Assembly: GCA_963681965.1 (NCBI GenBank) | Contig: OY820579.1 | Span: forward strand, 2,944,001-3,008,000 | Origin: a bacterium | GTDB taxonomy: Bacteria > Electryoneota > JAOADG01 | Length of the DNA stretch: 64,000 bases | Direction: 5' to 3' | Shown here: positions 36,679 through 47,600 of the stretch, one piece after another | How the letters are laid out: every line of letters begins with the position of its first letter | Numbering within the stretch: the first letter of the stretch is position 1 | Position numbers and translations under genes: made by a program | The notes under the pieces: model-generated | What the model saw: only the letters and a program-made list of their open reading frames with translations | Databases searched by the model: none | What the model was told of the DNA's origin: nothing

Positions 36679-37356
36679 TTAGCGTGGTTTCTCGATGTTC
36701 TTAATCACAGTTTCCGGAGTACCGGGGAGACCGTTCACACCAATGTATTCAACAAACAATCCATCGGATCGAAACCGGTACCGACCATGCCAAAAATGCG
36801 AAAAGAGACCGGTAGGGTGAACAATCATGTCGGTATTGTGATCAGATTTGACTGTTTCATCCCGTTCCGCTTCCAATTTCACTGAGCTAAACTGATCTGG
36901 ACGATAAACCCAAAAATCAATCGATTGAGTCACCCGATTTGAGATTATCGCATGTCCAAGACAAAATGGAATTGACTGAAACCAAGGTTTTTCATCGATA
37001 TCAACAGATTTATCGATGTATTCACCTTTGAATTTCCCTTGAAATTGAATTGTGTTCCCGATCCTTGTCGCAGAGTAGTTTGATATTCCATCAGTCGACT
37101 GATAATGTAGCGAAATCGTTGCAAACAGTGAATCGTGTTCGAATGTGAAGGTCTCATTCGGTCGAACTACAGTCAATCGATTTTTCGCTTCGGGAAAGTA
37201 CTCCCAGTGAATATTTACGGTATCCGATCCGGTTGTCTGTTGGAAGTAATATTTACCGCCGCCGTATACAAGTGGATTTGCCGAAAACGAATAGTTCGAA
37301 TTGGCAAATAACAGTACGAACAATACGATTATCAGGTTGTTTTGCTCAAGTTTCAT
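36679..37356 (-). CDS. Secreted hypothetical protein (beta-rich)
   Basis: Signal-like N-terminus from ATG 37356; C-terminal GVNGLPGTPET. Confidence 0.6.
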   Translation of the reverse strand: MKLEQNNLIIVLFVLLFANSNYSFSANPLVYGGGKYYFQQTTGSDTVNIHWEYFPEAKNRLTVVRPNETFTFEHDSLFATISLHYQSTDGISNYSATRIGNTIQFQGKFKGEYIDKSVDIDEKPWFQSIPFCLGHAIISNRVTQSIDFWVYRPDQFSSVKLEAERDETVKSDHNTDMIVHPTGLFSHFWHGRYRFRSDGLFVEYIGVNGLPGTPETVIKNIEKPR

Positions 37357-37456
37357 AAATCGAGTCACTTTTTCCGTTTGTAAAGTAATTCCAATAGAAA
37401 GATCAGTGCAAACAACTTGCCGAAAGCAATTTGCGGTATTATACTGAACGCTCACT

Positions 37457-38566
37457 ATGAACGAGAAAATACCCCCCCCACATGCACCGGTTCTTGAACC
37501 GGCTCGAGATGTCGCTCGCGACAATCGCGAATTAACCCGAGAGATTGTACTGAAATGGCCCAAGACCGATCTTCATTGCCATCTCGACGGATCTGTCCGT
37601 TGTCAAACGGTATGGGAACTCGCACAAGATCAGAGCATCACCCTTCCTGCTCAATCCTTGGAAGAGTTAGAAAATCAACTAATCGTTGGTGATCGCGCTC
37701 AGAACCTCCGGGAGTATCTAGAACCATTTCACATCGTCAATATGGTTCTTCAGGAAAAATCTGCACTCGAACGTGCTGCTTTCGAACTTGCCGAGGATGC
37801 GTGGTTGGAAGGCGTCTGGTATATCGAGGTGCGCTTCTCCCCGATCCTACACATCCATCACGGGCTTCGACTCACTGAAATCATGGATGCAGTACTCGCT
37901 GGTTTAACCCGTGCCGAACGACAATATGGTATTCGCACTGGTGTGATCGTCTGCGGTATTCGATCAATCGAACCGGAAGTATCGCTACGATTGGCTGAAC
38001 TGACTGTTGCATACAAGAATAAAGGTGTGGTTGCATTCGATTTAGCTGGTGCTGAAGACAATTATCCAGCGAAAGACCATGCCGACGCATTTTATCTGAT
38101 CCGAAAAAACAACATTAATTGTACTGTTCATGCCGGCGAGGCATGGGGACCCGATAGTATAAGCCAAGCTTTGCACAGTCTGTCTACCCATCGAATTGGG
38201 CACGGCACCCGGTTGAAAGAAAATGGCGACTTACTGAATTATGTCAATGACCACCGCATTGCGATGGAAATTTGCGTGACTTCGAACGTTCAAACGAAAG
38301 TCGTCCCGAGTTACGAACAACATCCAATCCGATTCTATTACGACTGTGGTCTTCGCGTGACCATCAATACCGACAATCGAACCATCAGTGGCGTCTCGAT
38401 CACCGATGAATACATGCGGATTCACGAACGGTGTGGTCTCACCCGAGGCGAATTGGAAGATATTGTGATCATGGGTTGGAAAGCGGCATTTTTACCTTAT
38501 CGCGAAAAAGCGATCTTGTTGAAACGGGCACTCAAAGAGATGGAAAAAACTCGAGTTCCCTTCTAG
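37457..38566 (+). CDS. add: Adenosine deaminase
   Basis: PKTDLHCHLDGS, YIEVRFSP, DLAGAE, HAGE, RIGHG, NTDN. Confidence 0.93.
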   Translation: MNEKIPPPHAPVLEPARDVARDNRELTREIVLKWPKTDLHCHLDGSVRCQTVWELAQDQSITLPAQSLEELENQLIVGDRAQNLREYLEPFHIVNMVLQEKSALERAAFELAEDAWLEGVWYIEVRFSPILHIHHGLRLTEIMDAVLAGLTRAERQYGIRTGVIVCGIRSIEPEVSLRLAELTVAYKNKGVVAFDLAGAEDNYPAKDHADAFYLIRKNNINCTVHAGEAWGPDSISQALHSLSTHRIGHGTRLKENGDLLNYVNDHRIAMEICVTSNVQTKVVPSYEQHPIRFYYDCGLRVTINTDNRTISGVSITDEYMRIHERCGLTRGELEDIVIMGWKAAFLPYREKAILLKRALKEMEKTRVPF

Positions 38567-38588
38567 ATTTAAATGACAATTAGATACA

Positions 38589-38619
38589 ATAAGGCGGGGC
38601 ATGTGGACCCGCCTTATTT
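38589..38619 (+). terminator. Intrinsic terminator after add
   Basis: ATAAGGCGGG...CCCGCCTTATTT hairpin. Confidence 0.65.
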
Positions 38620-38847
38620 ATCGAGCCTGATTATCATTATTTACTGTCGTTTTTTTTGAATTGTGACAAAGAAACGAGTTATATTAAAGGTTCATTACTA
38701 CAATTCAATTCAACCAATACATCGGCGATTCTTTTCGAAGTAACCGAAATTAAAATTCGGCAAAATCATTCGAAATTGCGATTATTGGAAATTCTTCGTC
38801 GCAACATTAGCAGAAAACTGCGTTAACGCATTTCAGCAATAGAGCAA

Positions 38848-40947
38848 ATGCAAAAAGTTTCAGTAACGTTTTTGGGATCGTTCACGATGAAAAATCGATA
38901 CTCCGGATCACACTCCTGGCAGGTAATAATCTTAGCACTGCTACTCACTGCCTCACTGGCTAGTGCACAAATCAGATCGATCTATGATGTGATGTACAAT
39001 CCAGCGAATCCAGGCGGTCCATCGCCATTTGCAGGTCAACGTATTCAAGTTACCGGCATCGTTACCAACACCGCAATCAATGCCAATGTCGTCGGTGGAG
39101 ATTTCAGTTTTTCGATCCAATCCCGAGGCGATACAACGGCATTTCACGGTTTGTTCGTTATCAGCAGCAGCTTGAATCCGCAACATTTAGTAACAGTTGG
39201 CGATTCAGTGATTATTACCGGTCGTGTTTCGACAACCGCACCGACTAATATCAAAGTTTCTTCGACCGATCAAATCCAGATCGTTTCGGCTACTGGCTGG
39301 ATACCGACCAATCCCGTGTTCGATATGACAGTTTTAACCAACGAAGATAGCGCAAAAACATATTCAGGTATGTATGTAAAGGTCGCAAATCCGATTATCC
39401 AGACGATTGCTACAGACGGTGCAACTCTGACCAATCGTTCTGTTTCGCTGCTGGTAGGTGGTGGTGGCAGTAGTGGTCGTTGGACTTATCAGTTAACAGT
39501 TGGTGATTCACTCAATTGGATTGGCGGGACCCTTCGAAAAAGCACTGCCGGTTGGATGCTGGAACCGCGCGGTGACGCCGACTTCCTTCCCTACGGTAAT
39601 TTACCTCCGGTACTATCGCAAATCGATGCCACTCCGAACCTCCCCACTCCGGACGATCACGTTGTTTTCAATGTGAAAGTGACAAGCGCACAATCACAAA
39701 TTAATCAAGTCTGGTTGACTTATTTTATTAATGATATCCGGCAAGATTCAATCTTGATGCACAAAGCCAATGGTGCGAACGATTCAATTTATACGGCAAC
39801 TGCCGGTCCCTGGTGGCGTGGTGCTAGTTTGCGTTTCCGTGCCAAAGCCAAAGATAACAACAATTTGATCAGCTCCAGTTTCGAAAAATCGTTTACTGTG
39901 AATTTTCCCGGTGGATTGCTGCCATTCAAGTATATCGCCGACAACATCGACACTTTCTTGAATACGACTCAGACGCTTGATGGTATGGTGGTTTACTATC
40001 AACTTCGGTCGGGACGTACCGACGCTTACTTCGTCGATACTACTTTTACTTACACTTTTGGTTCCGATACGATCCGTAGTGTGGGTTTGTATATCAGTGA
40101 ATCCGGTGCACCATCGACTTTCCCCAATTTGAAACGGGGAAACTACATCCGAATGCCATCAGCAATCAGTTACTACGCATACTCCAATCCAACTTCCTAT
40201 TCATTGCAGGTAACTGGATTGACTAATGCAACTGTGCTTGCATCTGACTTGCCGTTACCACGACCGACACGGTGTCGAACTGGCGATGCGCCACTATTGA
40301 ATAAACTGATCTCCTGCTCGAAAGCACCTTATTACAATTCAGGATCGTGGTTGGAAGTAACAGGGCGCATCATCACTGTAAATCCTACTTCCGGTGGTGT
40401 CAACCTATTGGTGGATGATGGATCGGGAACATTACCCATCCGCATCGTCGACGGCTCAAACCTCCGCTATGTCCGGGCATACAATCCCGATACTTCTGTA
40501 CACGACTCGATTCCATTATCGCAAATGGTTAATCGGTTGTACCGAATTAGAGGTGTGGCATCCAAGTATTATACCGATTTCCAGATGGCAGTTGGATTTG
40601 CCGATGATATCGTTGAATACGATCCTAAAGTCGGCGATACCGATGAACCGATCATTGACGTGCCGGCACGGGTTTTGGTCAACGACCTGAATGAACAGAT
40701 GACTATTCGCTACGGTGGAAAATCCGGTAGCCGAATTCAGCTCCGTGTATTCAATTTGAAGGGGCAAGTCGTTGCAACACTCGCCGATCGCACTAGTAAT
40801 GGTATTGCCGAGATAACTTGGGATGGTCGAAACGACCTACGTGAAAAGCTTCCGCTCGGAACCTACATCATTCAAGTTGTAACCAACACGAATGGCAGTA
40901 CTAAGAGCGCGTTAGCACCGATCGTTATTGGCACTAAACTGAAATAA
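38848..40947 (+). CDS. Secreted multi-OB-fold protein with Ig-like domain and FlgD-type CTD
   Basis: SIYDV..SPFAGQRIQVTGIVT, VGDSVIITGRV, LEPRGDADF, LVDDGSG OB-fold signatures; IQLRVFNLKGQVVATL..WDGRND..LPLGTYII tail. Start may be ATG 38887. Confidence 0.72.
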   Translation: MQKVSVTFLGSFTMKNRYSGSHSWQVIILALLLTASLASAQIRSIYDVMYNPANPGGPSPFAGQRIQVTGIVTNTAINANVVGGDFSFSIQSRGDTTAFHGLFVISSSLNPQHLVTVGDSVIITGRVSTTAPTNIKVSSTDQIQIVSATGWIPTNPVFDMTVLTNEDSAKTYSGMYVKVANPIIQTIATDGATLTNRSVSLLVGGGGSSGRWTYQLTVGDSLNWIGGTLRKSTAGWMLEPRGDADFLPYGNLPPVLSQIDATPNLPTPDDHVVFNVKVTSAQSQINQVWLTYFINDIRQDSILMHKANGANDSIYTATAGPWWRGASLRFRAKAKDNNNLISSSFEKSFTVNFPGGLLPFKYIADNIDTFLNTTQTLDGMVVYYQLRSGRTDAYFVDTTFTYTFGSDTIRSVGLYISESGAPSTFPNLKRGNYIRMPSAISYYAYSNPTSYSLQVTGLTNATVLASDLPLPRPTRCRTGDAPLLNKLISCSKAPYYNSGSWLEVTGRIITVNPTSGGVNLLVDDGSGTLPIRIVDGSNLRYVRAYNPDTSVHDSIPLSQMVNRLYRIRGVASKYYTDFQMAVGFADDIVEYDPKVGDTDEPIIDVPARVLVNDLNEQMTIRYGGKSGSRIQLRVFNLKGQVVATLADRTSNGIAEITWDGRNDLREKLPLGTYIIQVVTNTNGSTKSALAPIVIGTKLK

Positions 40948-40999
40948 GTGTCATTCAAGAACATGATGCAAGTATTCGGTATCTAGGAATTTCGACCAA

Positions 41000-41929
41000 A
41001 TGAACCGATTTTTGGAAATTTTGTTGACAAGGAATGCAATCGTGAGAAACAGCCGTTTCGTATCAATGGCGATTATCGGTGCCAGTTGGCTGATTGTCGC
41101 TTCTTTCGCGTACGCCCAAGTAACCACCGACATCGAACCGCCACAACCGCGATTCGCCGCAATCGGCGCAACAGTGGCAATGGCAGGTGACCCGGCAATG
41201 GCTTTTTTCAATCCAGCAGGATTGACCGGTATTAAAGCACCTTCATTTAATTGTGCCTTTACTCGCCCCTACGATCAGAATTTTTTGACGGTATATCATG
41301 TCACGGCTGCGATGCCGTTACCGAAAAATTGGGGTGTTGCTGGCGTTTCAATTTTGAATAGCGGCGTCAAGTATGGCGGACAATCGTTAAGCAATGAGAC
41401 TGCGGTTGCTTTAGCACACGCAATTACGCTTCAACGCGATATCAATACCGACCTCACTTTCGGATACGCTATTAAAGTGATGTCTCAGAGTTTTGGAACT
41501 TCGCTGGCTGGTGAAGATCTTGGAAGTTCAACTTCTTTCGGTATCGATGCCGGTGTGCGTGCAACACTGTGGCAGCGTACACGCGTAGCGTTCCATATCA
41601 CCAATATCAATCGTCCTGAGATTGGAACGACTGAACCACACGATTTACCCGCAGTGGTTAACGTCGGTCTTGCCTATACTCCCTATCGCGGTGTCTACAG
41701 TGCGATCGAATTGGAACGAACGCTGGGTAATGAACAATTGTTGAAAGGCGGCTTCGAATTTGAAGTCGATCCTCACTTCGACCTTAGAATTGGCATTCGA
41801 TCCAACCCGAACCGGATTGCTTTCGGTTTTGGCATCAAACAGATCATGAATGCTCACGTCGATTACACTTATTTGACTCACTCGTCGCTTCCGGCGACGC
41901 ACATGATCGGATTTGGCTATGATTTCTAA
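41000..41929 (+). CDS. PorV/PorQ-like outer-membrane beta-barrel protein
   Basis: PRFAAIGATVAMAGDPAMAFFNPAGL plug motif, amphipathic strands, terminal GFGYDF. Confidence 0.78.
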   Translation: MNRFLEILLTRNAIVRNSRFVSMAIIGASWLIVASFAYAQVTTDIEPPQPRFAAIGATVAMAGDPAMAFFNPAGLTGIKAPSFNCAFTRPYDQNFLTVYHVTAAMPLPKNWGVAGVSILNSGVKYGGQSLSNETAVALAHAITLQRDINTDLTFGYAIKVMSQSFGTSLAGEDLGSSTSFGIDAGVRATLWQRTRVAFHITNINRPEIGTTEPHDLPAVVNVGLAYTPYRGVYSAIELERTLGNEQLLKGGFEFEVDPHFDLRIGIRSNPNRIAFGFGIKQIMNAHVDYTYLTHSSLPATHMIGFGYDF

Positions 41930-44537
41930 TATCGTCAACGGGCGCATTCTGGCAGGAATTGCCGTTGGCGTGTTGCTGATGTTGATTCCGGTCGCGTTCG
42001 CACAAGTCGAAGTCGATGAACCCGGTTCTCCGGTTTCGTTGTCCGACTCATTGAAAACAGTTACCGGCAGCCAGATCGACCTGAATATGGCTTCCAGGGA
42101 TCAATTAATCGGAATTGGATTGACTGAAGCAGAAGCCGATGCGATTCTCGATCATATCCTGATGGAAGGACCGTACGAGAATTTTTACGAACTTTACGAT
42201 ACCGAAGGTTTACCCCAAGAAACGGTCGAGCGAATCGGTCCTAAAGTAATCGTTCGGATGCCAGGAGTGGATGATCCAGTCACACAACGACGCGAAGCAA
42301 ACGCATATCGCATCGAACAACTTGTAAGTGACGAAGGATTCAGTGAAGGACTGGCAGATCAATTGGCAGATCAAATTCTTGACCCAATTGATGTGAATTC
42401 CGCTACTGAAGAAGAATTGACCGATATTCAAAATGTCTCGCCGATCGATGCCGCAGCAATTGTTAAGCGCATTCGAAGCGGCAACCCGATAAAAAGTGCA
42501 CGCGAGCTTCGCCAGACACCGGGACTATCGCATTACGGTTATATCAATGCGCGACCCTATGTCAATTATGAACCGGGTATCGGTTTTCAACAAGTTCACG
42601 GTTTCTTCCAGACCCGTCTGTTCGATACTCCCTATCTTCCCGATAATTCGGCATCGATTCGCGACGATGCGCCGACCAACCGCTTGGATCTCAACGCAAA
42701 ACTTCGATTGAATTATCTGAAATGGAAATTCGGTGTAGCAACTCATCGCGCGCGTAATGAAGATTTCCTCTATGACCATACTTTCGGTTCGTTCAGCACA
42801 CCTCAAGGAAAGATTTTTCTTGAAAAGGACTATACAAAATTGGGTCCAGTCACTTTCAAGAAATTAATACTGGGTAATTTTCAAGCTGGATTCGGACAAG
42901 GTTTAATTTTCTCCAGCGGCGACTATTTTCAACCGCGGCAAACCGGATTTGGATACAGCAAGTCGATCAATGGGGTGTTAGGCGACTTGTCGGCATCCAA
43001 TGAATTTGCCTATCGCGGTGCCGCATTCGAAGGTCGCGGCGGTCCATTCGAATTCACAGGTTTATACTCCAGTACTTGGAAAGACGCGGTGCTGAATACC
43101 GACGGTACGGTGAATCGATTTATCGTGATGCAGCCTCGATATGTCTACGATGCCCGTCCACCGATGGATACGATGTATGTTGTTGTCGACCCGAATACCA
43201 GTATTTCCGATACGATCCGTACAAAAGTAGATCGATTTCCCGGTATTCAATCGTATTTGAGTAACACCCGGGAAAACATTTTCGCCGGTAATTTGCAGTT
43301 TATTCCGGCAGTCGGCGTCCGCCTCGGTGCGAGCTGGGTTGAAGCGCTTTACAGCCGTCCGATTCGCGCGCAGCTCGATACGACTACGCTCGTCAACGGC
43401 AGCGATATGCAACAAATGGATGATTACTTTCCCGATATCGAAATCTCGGAAGGTTATTCCAATGCCTCCACCAGCAAACTGTGGAGTGGCGCAAAATCAC
43501 GAATGCGCATTTATGGTTTCGACTGGCAGTTTGTTTACAAGAATTTCTCGTTCCAAGGCGAATACGGCGAACAAGAACATAAAGGGAGTTTCTGGAGAAT
43601 CGGTGACGATCCTCACGGTTTTGTTTCATCGCTGTATGCCCAGTATTCTTCGCTCAATTTGCTACTCCTGTATCGCGATCGAAACGTCGGTTACGACAAT
43701 ATCTACGATCGCGGTTATGCAAACTATTCCCGATTCAAGAGTTCGATTTTCGGCGATGAGTTTTATTTAAAAGACGTCGTGATTGGTCAGCTTTACGACA
43801 ATTCGTTCCAACCACAACCGGAACGCGGCTGGTTTTTGTCGGGACGATATCAGGTTCTGCGTCAATTGATCACCAGTTTCGAACTGGATCAGTGGACCCG
43901 CACGAGCGACGATGCCGAGCATTACCGCTGGGTTATGCGACTTCAGTACCGTCCGATCTTCCCGTTATCGTTCAACTTGCGACTATCCGATCAGGCACGC
44001 GACTATCAGAATTCGGAAAATCCACGCTATTACCGTGCAATGCAAGGTCGACTACAGACGAACGTGCGTTTATCGAATTACGATCAGGTATCATTCCTTT
44101 ATTCTTATTCAGTAACTCAGTTCGCGCCACGTCCCCGACTCTTCTACGATGCGCTACCCGATGGCAAGTCACCGGTTAGCGGTCAGGGAACTTCGCCTGC
44201 CGAAGCATTTGGGATGTCGTTCCGACATAATTTGAATCGGTCGCTCTGGATCGGTGCCGGTGGAACGATGTATGACGGCTTCTTCTGGAATTATGAAGAA
44301 GGCGACTTCTACATTCGTGACGGAAAAGGGATTCGCTTCTATGGCGCGATCGGATCGCATCTCGGATCGGGAGTGTATGTCAAGGCGAAAGCCACCACGG
44401 AACACCCTTTGACTATTACGAATATGGTTGCCCGCAAATACAATTCGTCAATCGCGAGTGATGGTAAAATCCACGTAGGCGATAATGTTGCCAGCGACGA
44501 CTTGAGTTTCCGAATTCAACTCGATTATTCGTTCTGA
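41919..44537 (+). CDS. Helix-hairpin-helix (ComEA-like) domain protein fused to an outer-membrane beta-barrel
   Basis: IDLNMASRDQL..AEADAILD..GPY and PIDVNSATEEL..AAAIVK..ELRQTPGL HhH modules; LILGNFQAGFGQGLI barrel motif; terminal RIQLDYSF. Confidence 0.8.
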   Translation: MISNIVNGRILAGIAVGVLLMLIPVAFAQVEVDEPGSPVSLSDSLKTVTGSQIDLNMASRDQLIGIGLTEAEADAILDHILMEGPYENFYELYDTEGLPQETVERIGPKVIVRMPGVDDPVTQRREANAYRIEQLVSDEGFSEGLADQLADQILDPIDVNSATEEELTDIQNVSPIDAAAIVKRIRSGNPIKSARELRQTPGLSHYGYINARPYVNYEPGIGFQQVHGFFQTRLFDTPYLPDNSASIRDDAPTNRLDLNAKLRLNYLKWKFGVATHRARNEDFLYDHTFGSFSTPQGKIFLEKDYTKLGPVTFKKLILGNFQAGFGQGLIFSSGDYFQPRQTGFGYSKSINGVLGDLSASNEFAYRGAAFEGRGGPFEFTGLYSSTWKDAVLNTDGTVNRFIVMQPRYVYDARPPMDTMYVVVDPNTSISDTIRTKVDRFPGIQSYLSNTRENIFAGNLQFIPAVGVRLGASWVEALYSRPIRAQLDTTTLVNGSDMQQMDDYFPDIEISEGYSNASTSKLWSGAKSRMRIYGFDWQFVYKNFSFQGEYGEQEHKGSFWRIGDDPHGFVSSLYAQYSSLNLLLLYRDRNVGYDNIYDRGYANYSRFKSSIFGDEFYLKDVVIGQLYDNSFQPQPERGWFLSGRYQVLRQLITSFELDQWTRTSDDAEHYRWVMRLQYRPIFPLSFNLRLSDQARDYQNSENPRYYRAMQGRLQTNVRLSNYDQVSFLYSYSVTQFAPRPRLFYDALPDGKSPVSGQGTSPAEAFGMSFRHNLNRSLWIGAGGTMYDGFFWNYEEGDFYIRDGKGIRFYGAIGSHLGSGVYVKAKATTEHPLTITNMVARKYNSSIASDGKIHVGDNVASDDLSFRIQLDYSF

Positions 44538-44560
44538 TGATATTAACTATTTCTAATTTC

Positions 44561-44593
44561 AAGAAAAACCTGCTTGATAGCAGGTTTTTCTTG
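44561..44593 (+). terminator. Intrinsic terminator
   Basis: AAGAAAAACCTGC-ttgata-GCAGGTTTTTCTT. Confidence 0.75.
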
Positions 44594-44648
44594 TTATAGA
44601 TTGAAAGAGTTCATTGAAATTGCTCAAATACGATGAAAGGAAACGACT

Positions 44649-47600
44649 ATGTATAATAATTCTAATTTCATCAATATGTTTGTGTTAAGTTCATACATCT
44701 CAATTTTAACTATCATTATGACCTGTCCTTCATCTACTTTCGCCCAATCTTGGGAATGGCAGAATCCATTGCCAAATGGTCATTTGTTAATGTCTTCTTC
44801 TTTCGTCGGTTCGAGCAACGGATGGGTTGTTGGTGCCTTCGGAACAATCTTACACACTACAAATAGTGGGTATTCATGGATTAATCAAACTTACAATGTT
44901 TCAATTCAACTTAATAGTGTATCATTCGTCGATTTACGCAATGGATGGGCAGTTGGGTGGTACGGTAATATAATTCACACTTCTAACGGTGGATTATCAT
45001 GGATAAATCAAACAAGTAATGTTTCAGTCAATTTGATAGATGTACTATTTTTAGATTCTCTTCACGGGTGGACAGTCGGAGCCAGTGGGTCAATTCTTCA
45101 TACCGATAATGGAGGGACAACATGGTCTCAGCAATCTAGCGCATCGACGAGCACTTATGAATCAATTTCATTTGTTAACTCTAATATTGGTTGGATCTGT
45201 GGGAGTGATGGATCAATCCTGCATACTATTGATGGAGGTTCAACATGGACGATTCAAACGAGTACAACAACAAATACACTTTTCTCAATCAAGTTTATTG
45301 ATGTAAATAATGGATGGGCTTCGGGAAATTACGGGACGATCATTCACACGACCAATGCAGGTTTAACTTGGATTGCTCAGCGGTCAGGATACGAGAATTC
45401 GCTAACTTGTGTAAATTTCTTCGACGGAAATAATGGATATGCAATTGGAACACTTGGTATGATTTTACACACATCGAATGGTGGAAGCACATGGATCAAC
45501 CAGTCTTACAATCTACTGAGTACATTTCGGACTATTGACCAACTCTCCACCGATACATTATTAATTTGTGGATCTGGCAATGTGATTCTTCGATCTGTCG
45601 ATCAAGGTGCATCTTGGGTTAGAATAAATTCATCTGGAAATATAAGTTATCTTACATCCATTGCCTGTACAGATTCAAACAACATATGGGTAGCTGGGGA
45701 ATTTGGTACAATTCTACATTCATCAAATAGTGGATTCGCTTGGATAAATCAAGAAAGTGAAACCGTAAATGATCTATATGGAATTACTTTTTTCGATACA
45801 TTTACGGGTTGGGTCGCTGGACAAAATGGTACAATCCAACATACTACTAATGGTGGATTGACTTGGTTTTGTCAAAATAGTGGTGTAACTGACGAACTAT
45901 TAGCAATAGCTAATTTTGGCTTGAACCATGTTTGGGCAGTAGGTTCAAATGGAACGATCGTTCACACTTCCGATGGGGGAAGCACTTGGTCAATTCAGGC
46001 GAGTGGAACCACAAATCAGTTAAAAAGCGTTTCGTTCATTGATAGCCTTAGAGGTTGGGCTGTGGGAATGCCTGGATCATTGGGTGTCCCTGGAGTTATT
46101 TTAAGGACTATTAATGGAGGTTTGAGCTGGGTTACAATTTCTAGTAGTACTTCGAACTATTATTATTCAATCAAATTTCTTGATTCTTTATCTGGGTGGT
46201 CTGCCTCATATATGCCAATGCAGGGACGTTGCATTGTATCTCAAACTACTGATGGAGGATATGGTTGGTCACTGAGAGGGTCAATTCAAAATTATTTAAA
46301 TTGTATCACTATGTCTGATAATTCGCATGGATGGGTTGTAGGTGCAAACGGTACTATTATGGCCACATCAGGTACTGGATGGGTTGCTCAGACAAGCGGA
46401 ACTACAAATAAATTACTTGGTGTTGCTTGTTCGGGTAGGTATGCATGGGCAGTTGGAACCGATGGCACTATTTTACGATTTCATCCACAATATCAACAAC
46501 CATTAACACTTGAAAGTCCGAACGGTGGTGAACATTTCACACTCGGCAATTATTTCATTCACTGGAATGCACAATCTGTAACCGGAAATCTTCGAATTCA
46601 ACTCAATCGGAATTATCCTCTTAGTACGTGGGAAGATGTTGGAACGGTTAATGCAAGTTTAAATCTTTTCAATTGGCATGTCACTTCACCATTAACCACC
46701 CATGCTCGGATTCGAATCCTTAGCATAGAGACACCTTCATATGGGGATACAAGTAATGCTGATTTCAGTATAGCGAATAATTCATTGTCTCTTCTTCACC
46801 CATTAGCTGGTGATACGTTGATAAATTTCTCAGTTGATACTATCCGTTGGCAATTCTTTGGATCGACTGATAATATCCGCATTTCTATTAACTATAATTA
46901 CCCATCAGGTGAATGGGTACCGCTTCAGACACTTCCATCTTCTCGAACGTACTATTTATGGACTCTCAACGGACCAGTTAGCAGCAATGTTAGAATCAGA
47001 GTTTTAACAGATACAAGTCCCTCGGTTGGTGATACCAGTAATTCAAATTTCTCGATTGTGAATCCCACATTGCAACTACTATATCCTTACGGGGGAGAAA
47101 TCCTTGCAAGATCAACGACTGAATCGATTAGATGGACTTATTCCGGACCACCGGTTTCATTCCAAATCGCTGTTAATTATACATATCCATCGCAAAACTG
47201 GGTATCATTACAAATGATATCTTCAGCCTATCGCAGACATGCATGGTTTATCGATGGTCCAAATAGTACTAATGTCAGAGTAAGATTGATTTCGAATACT
47301 AATCCGGCATTCGGCGATACTTCTGATACCGATTTTTCAATTCAAAATCCCTCGATCCGAATTACTTATCCGAACGGTGGTGAAATCTGTAGCAGTTCGC
47401 AAGTAGTTATTCGGTGGAATCATGCATTTATAGCAGATACTTGTCACATTCAACTTGAATATGATCGGAATTTTCCCAGCAGTGGTTGGACAACGATCAG
47501 TAGACCATCTGTGTACCCAGATTCTTTCGTTTGGCAACTCCCTTTTCTATCCTCATCGACAGTTCGTATCAGAGCTTTTTTGTTGAACAATACCTCTTTT

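Noticed and set aside
38755-38830. c-di-GMP-I riboswitch suggested by GGCAAAATCATTCGAAA
   Set aside because: The stem around GAAA pairs poorly and the following GACGCAAA and second hairpin are absent; an Rfam scan would settle it.
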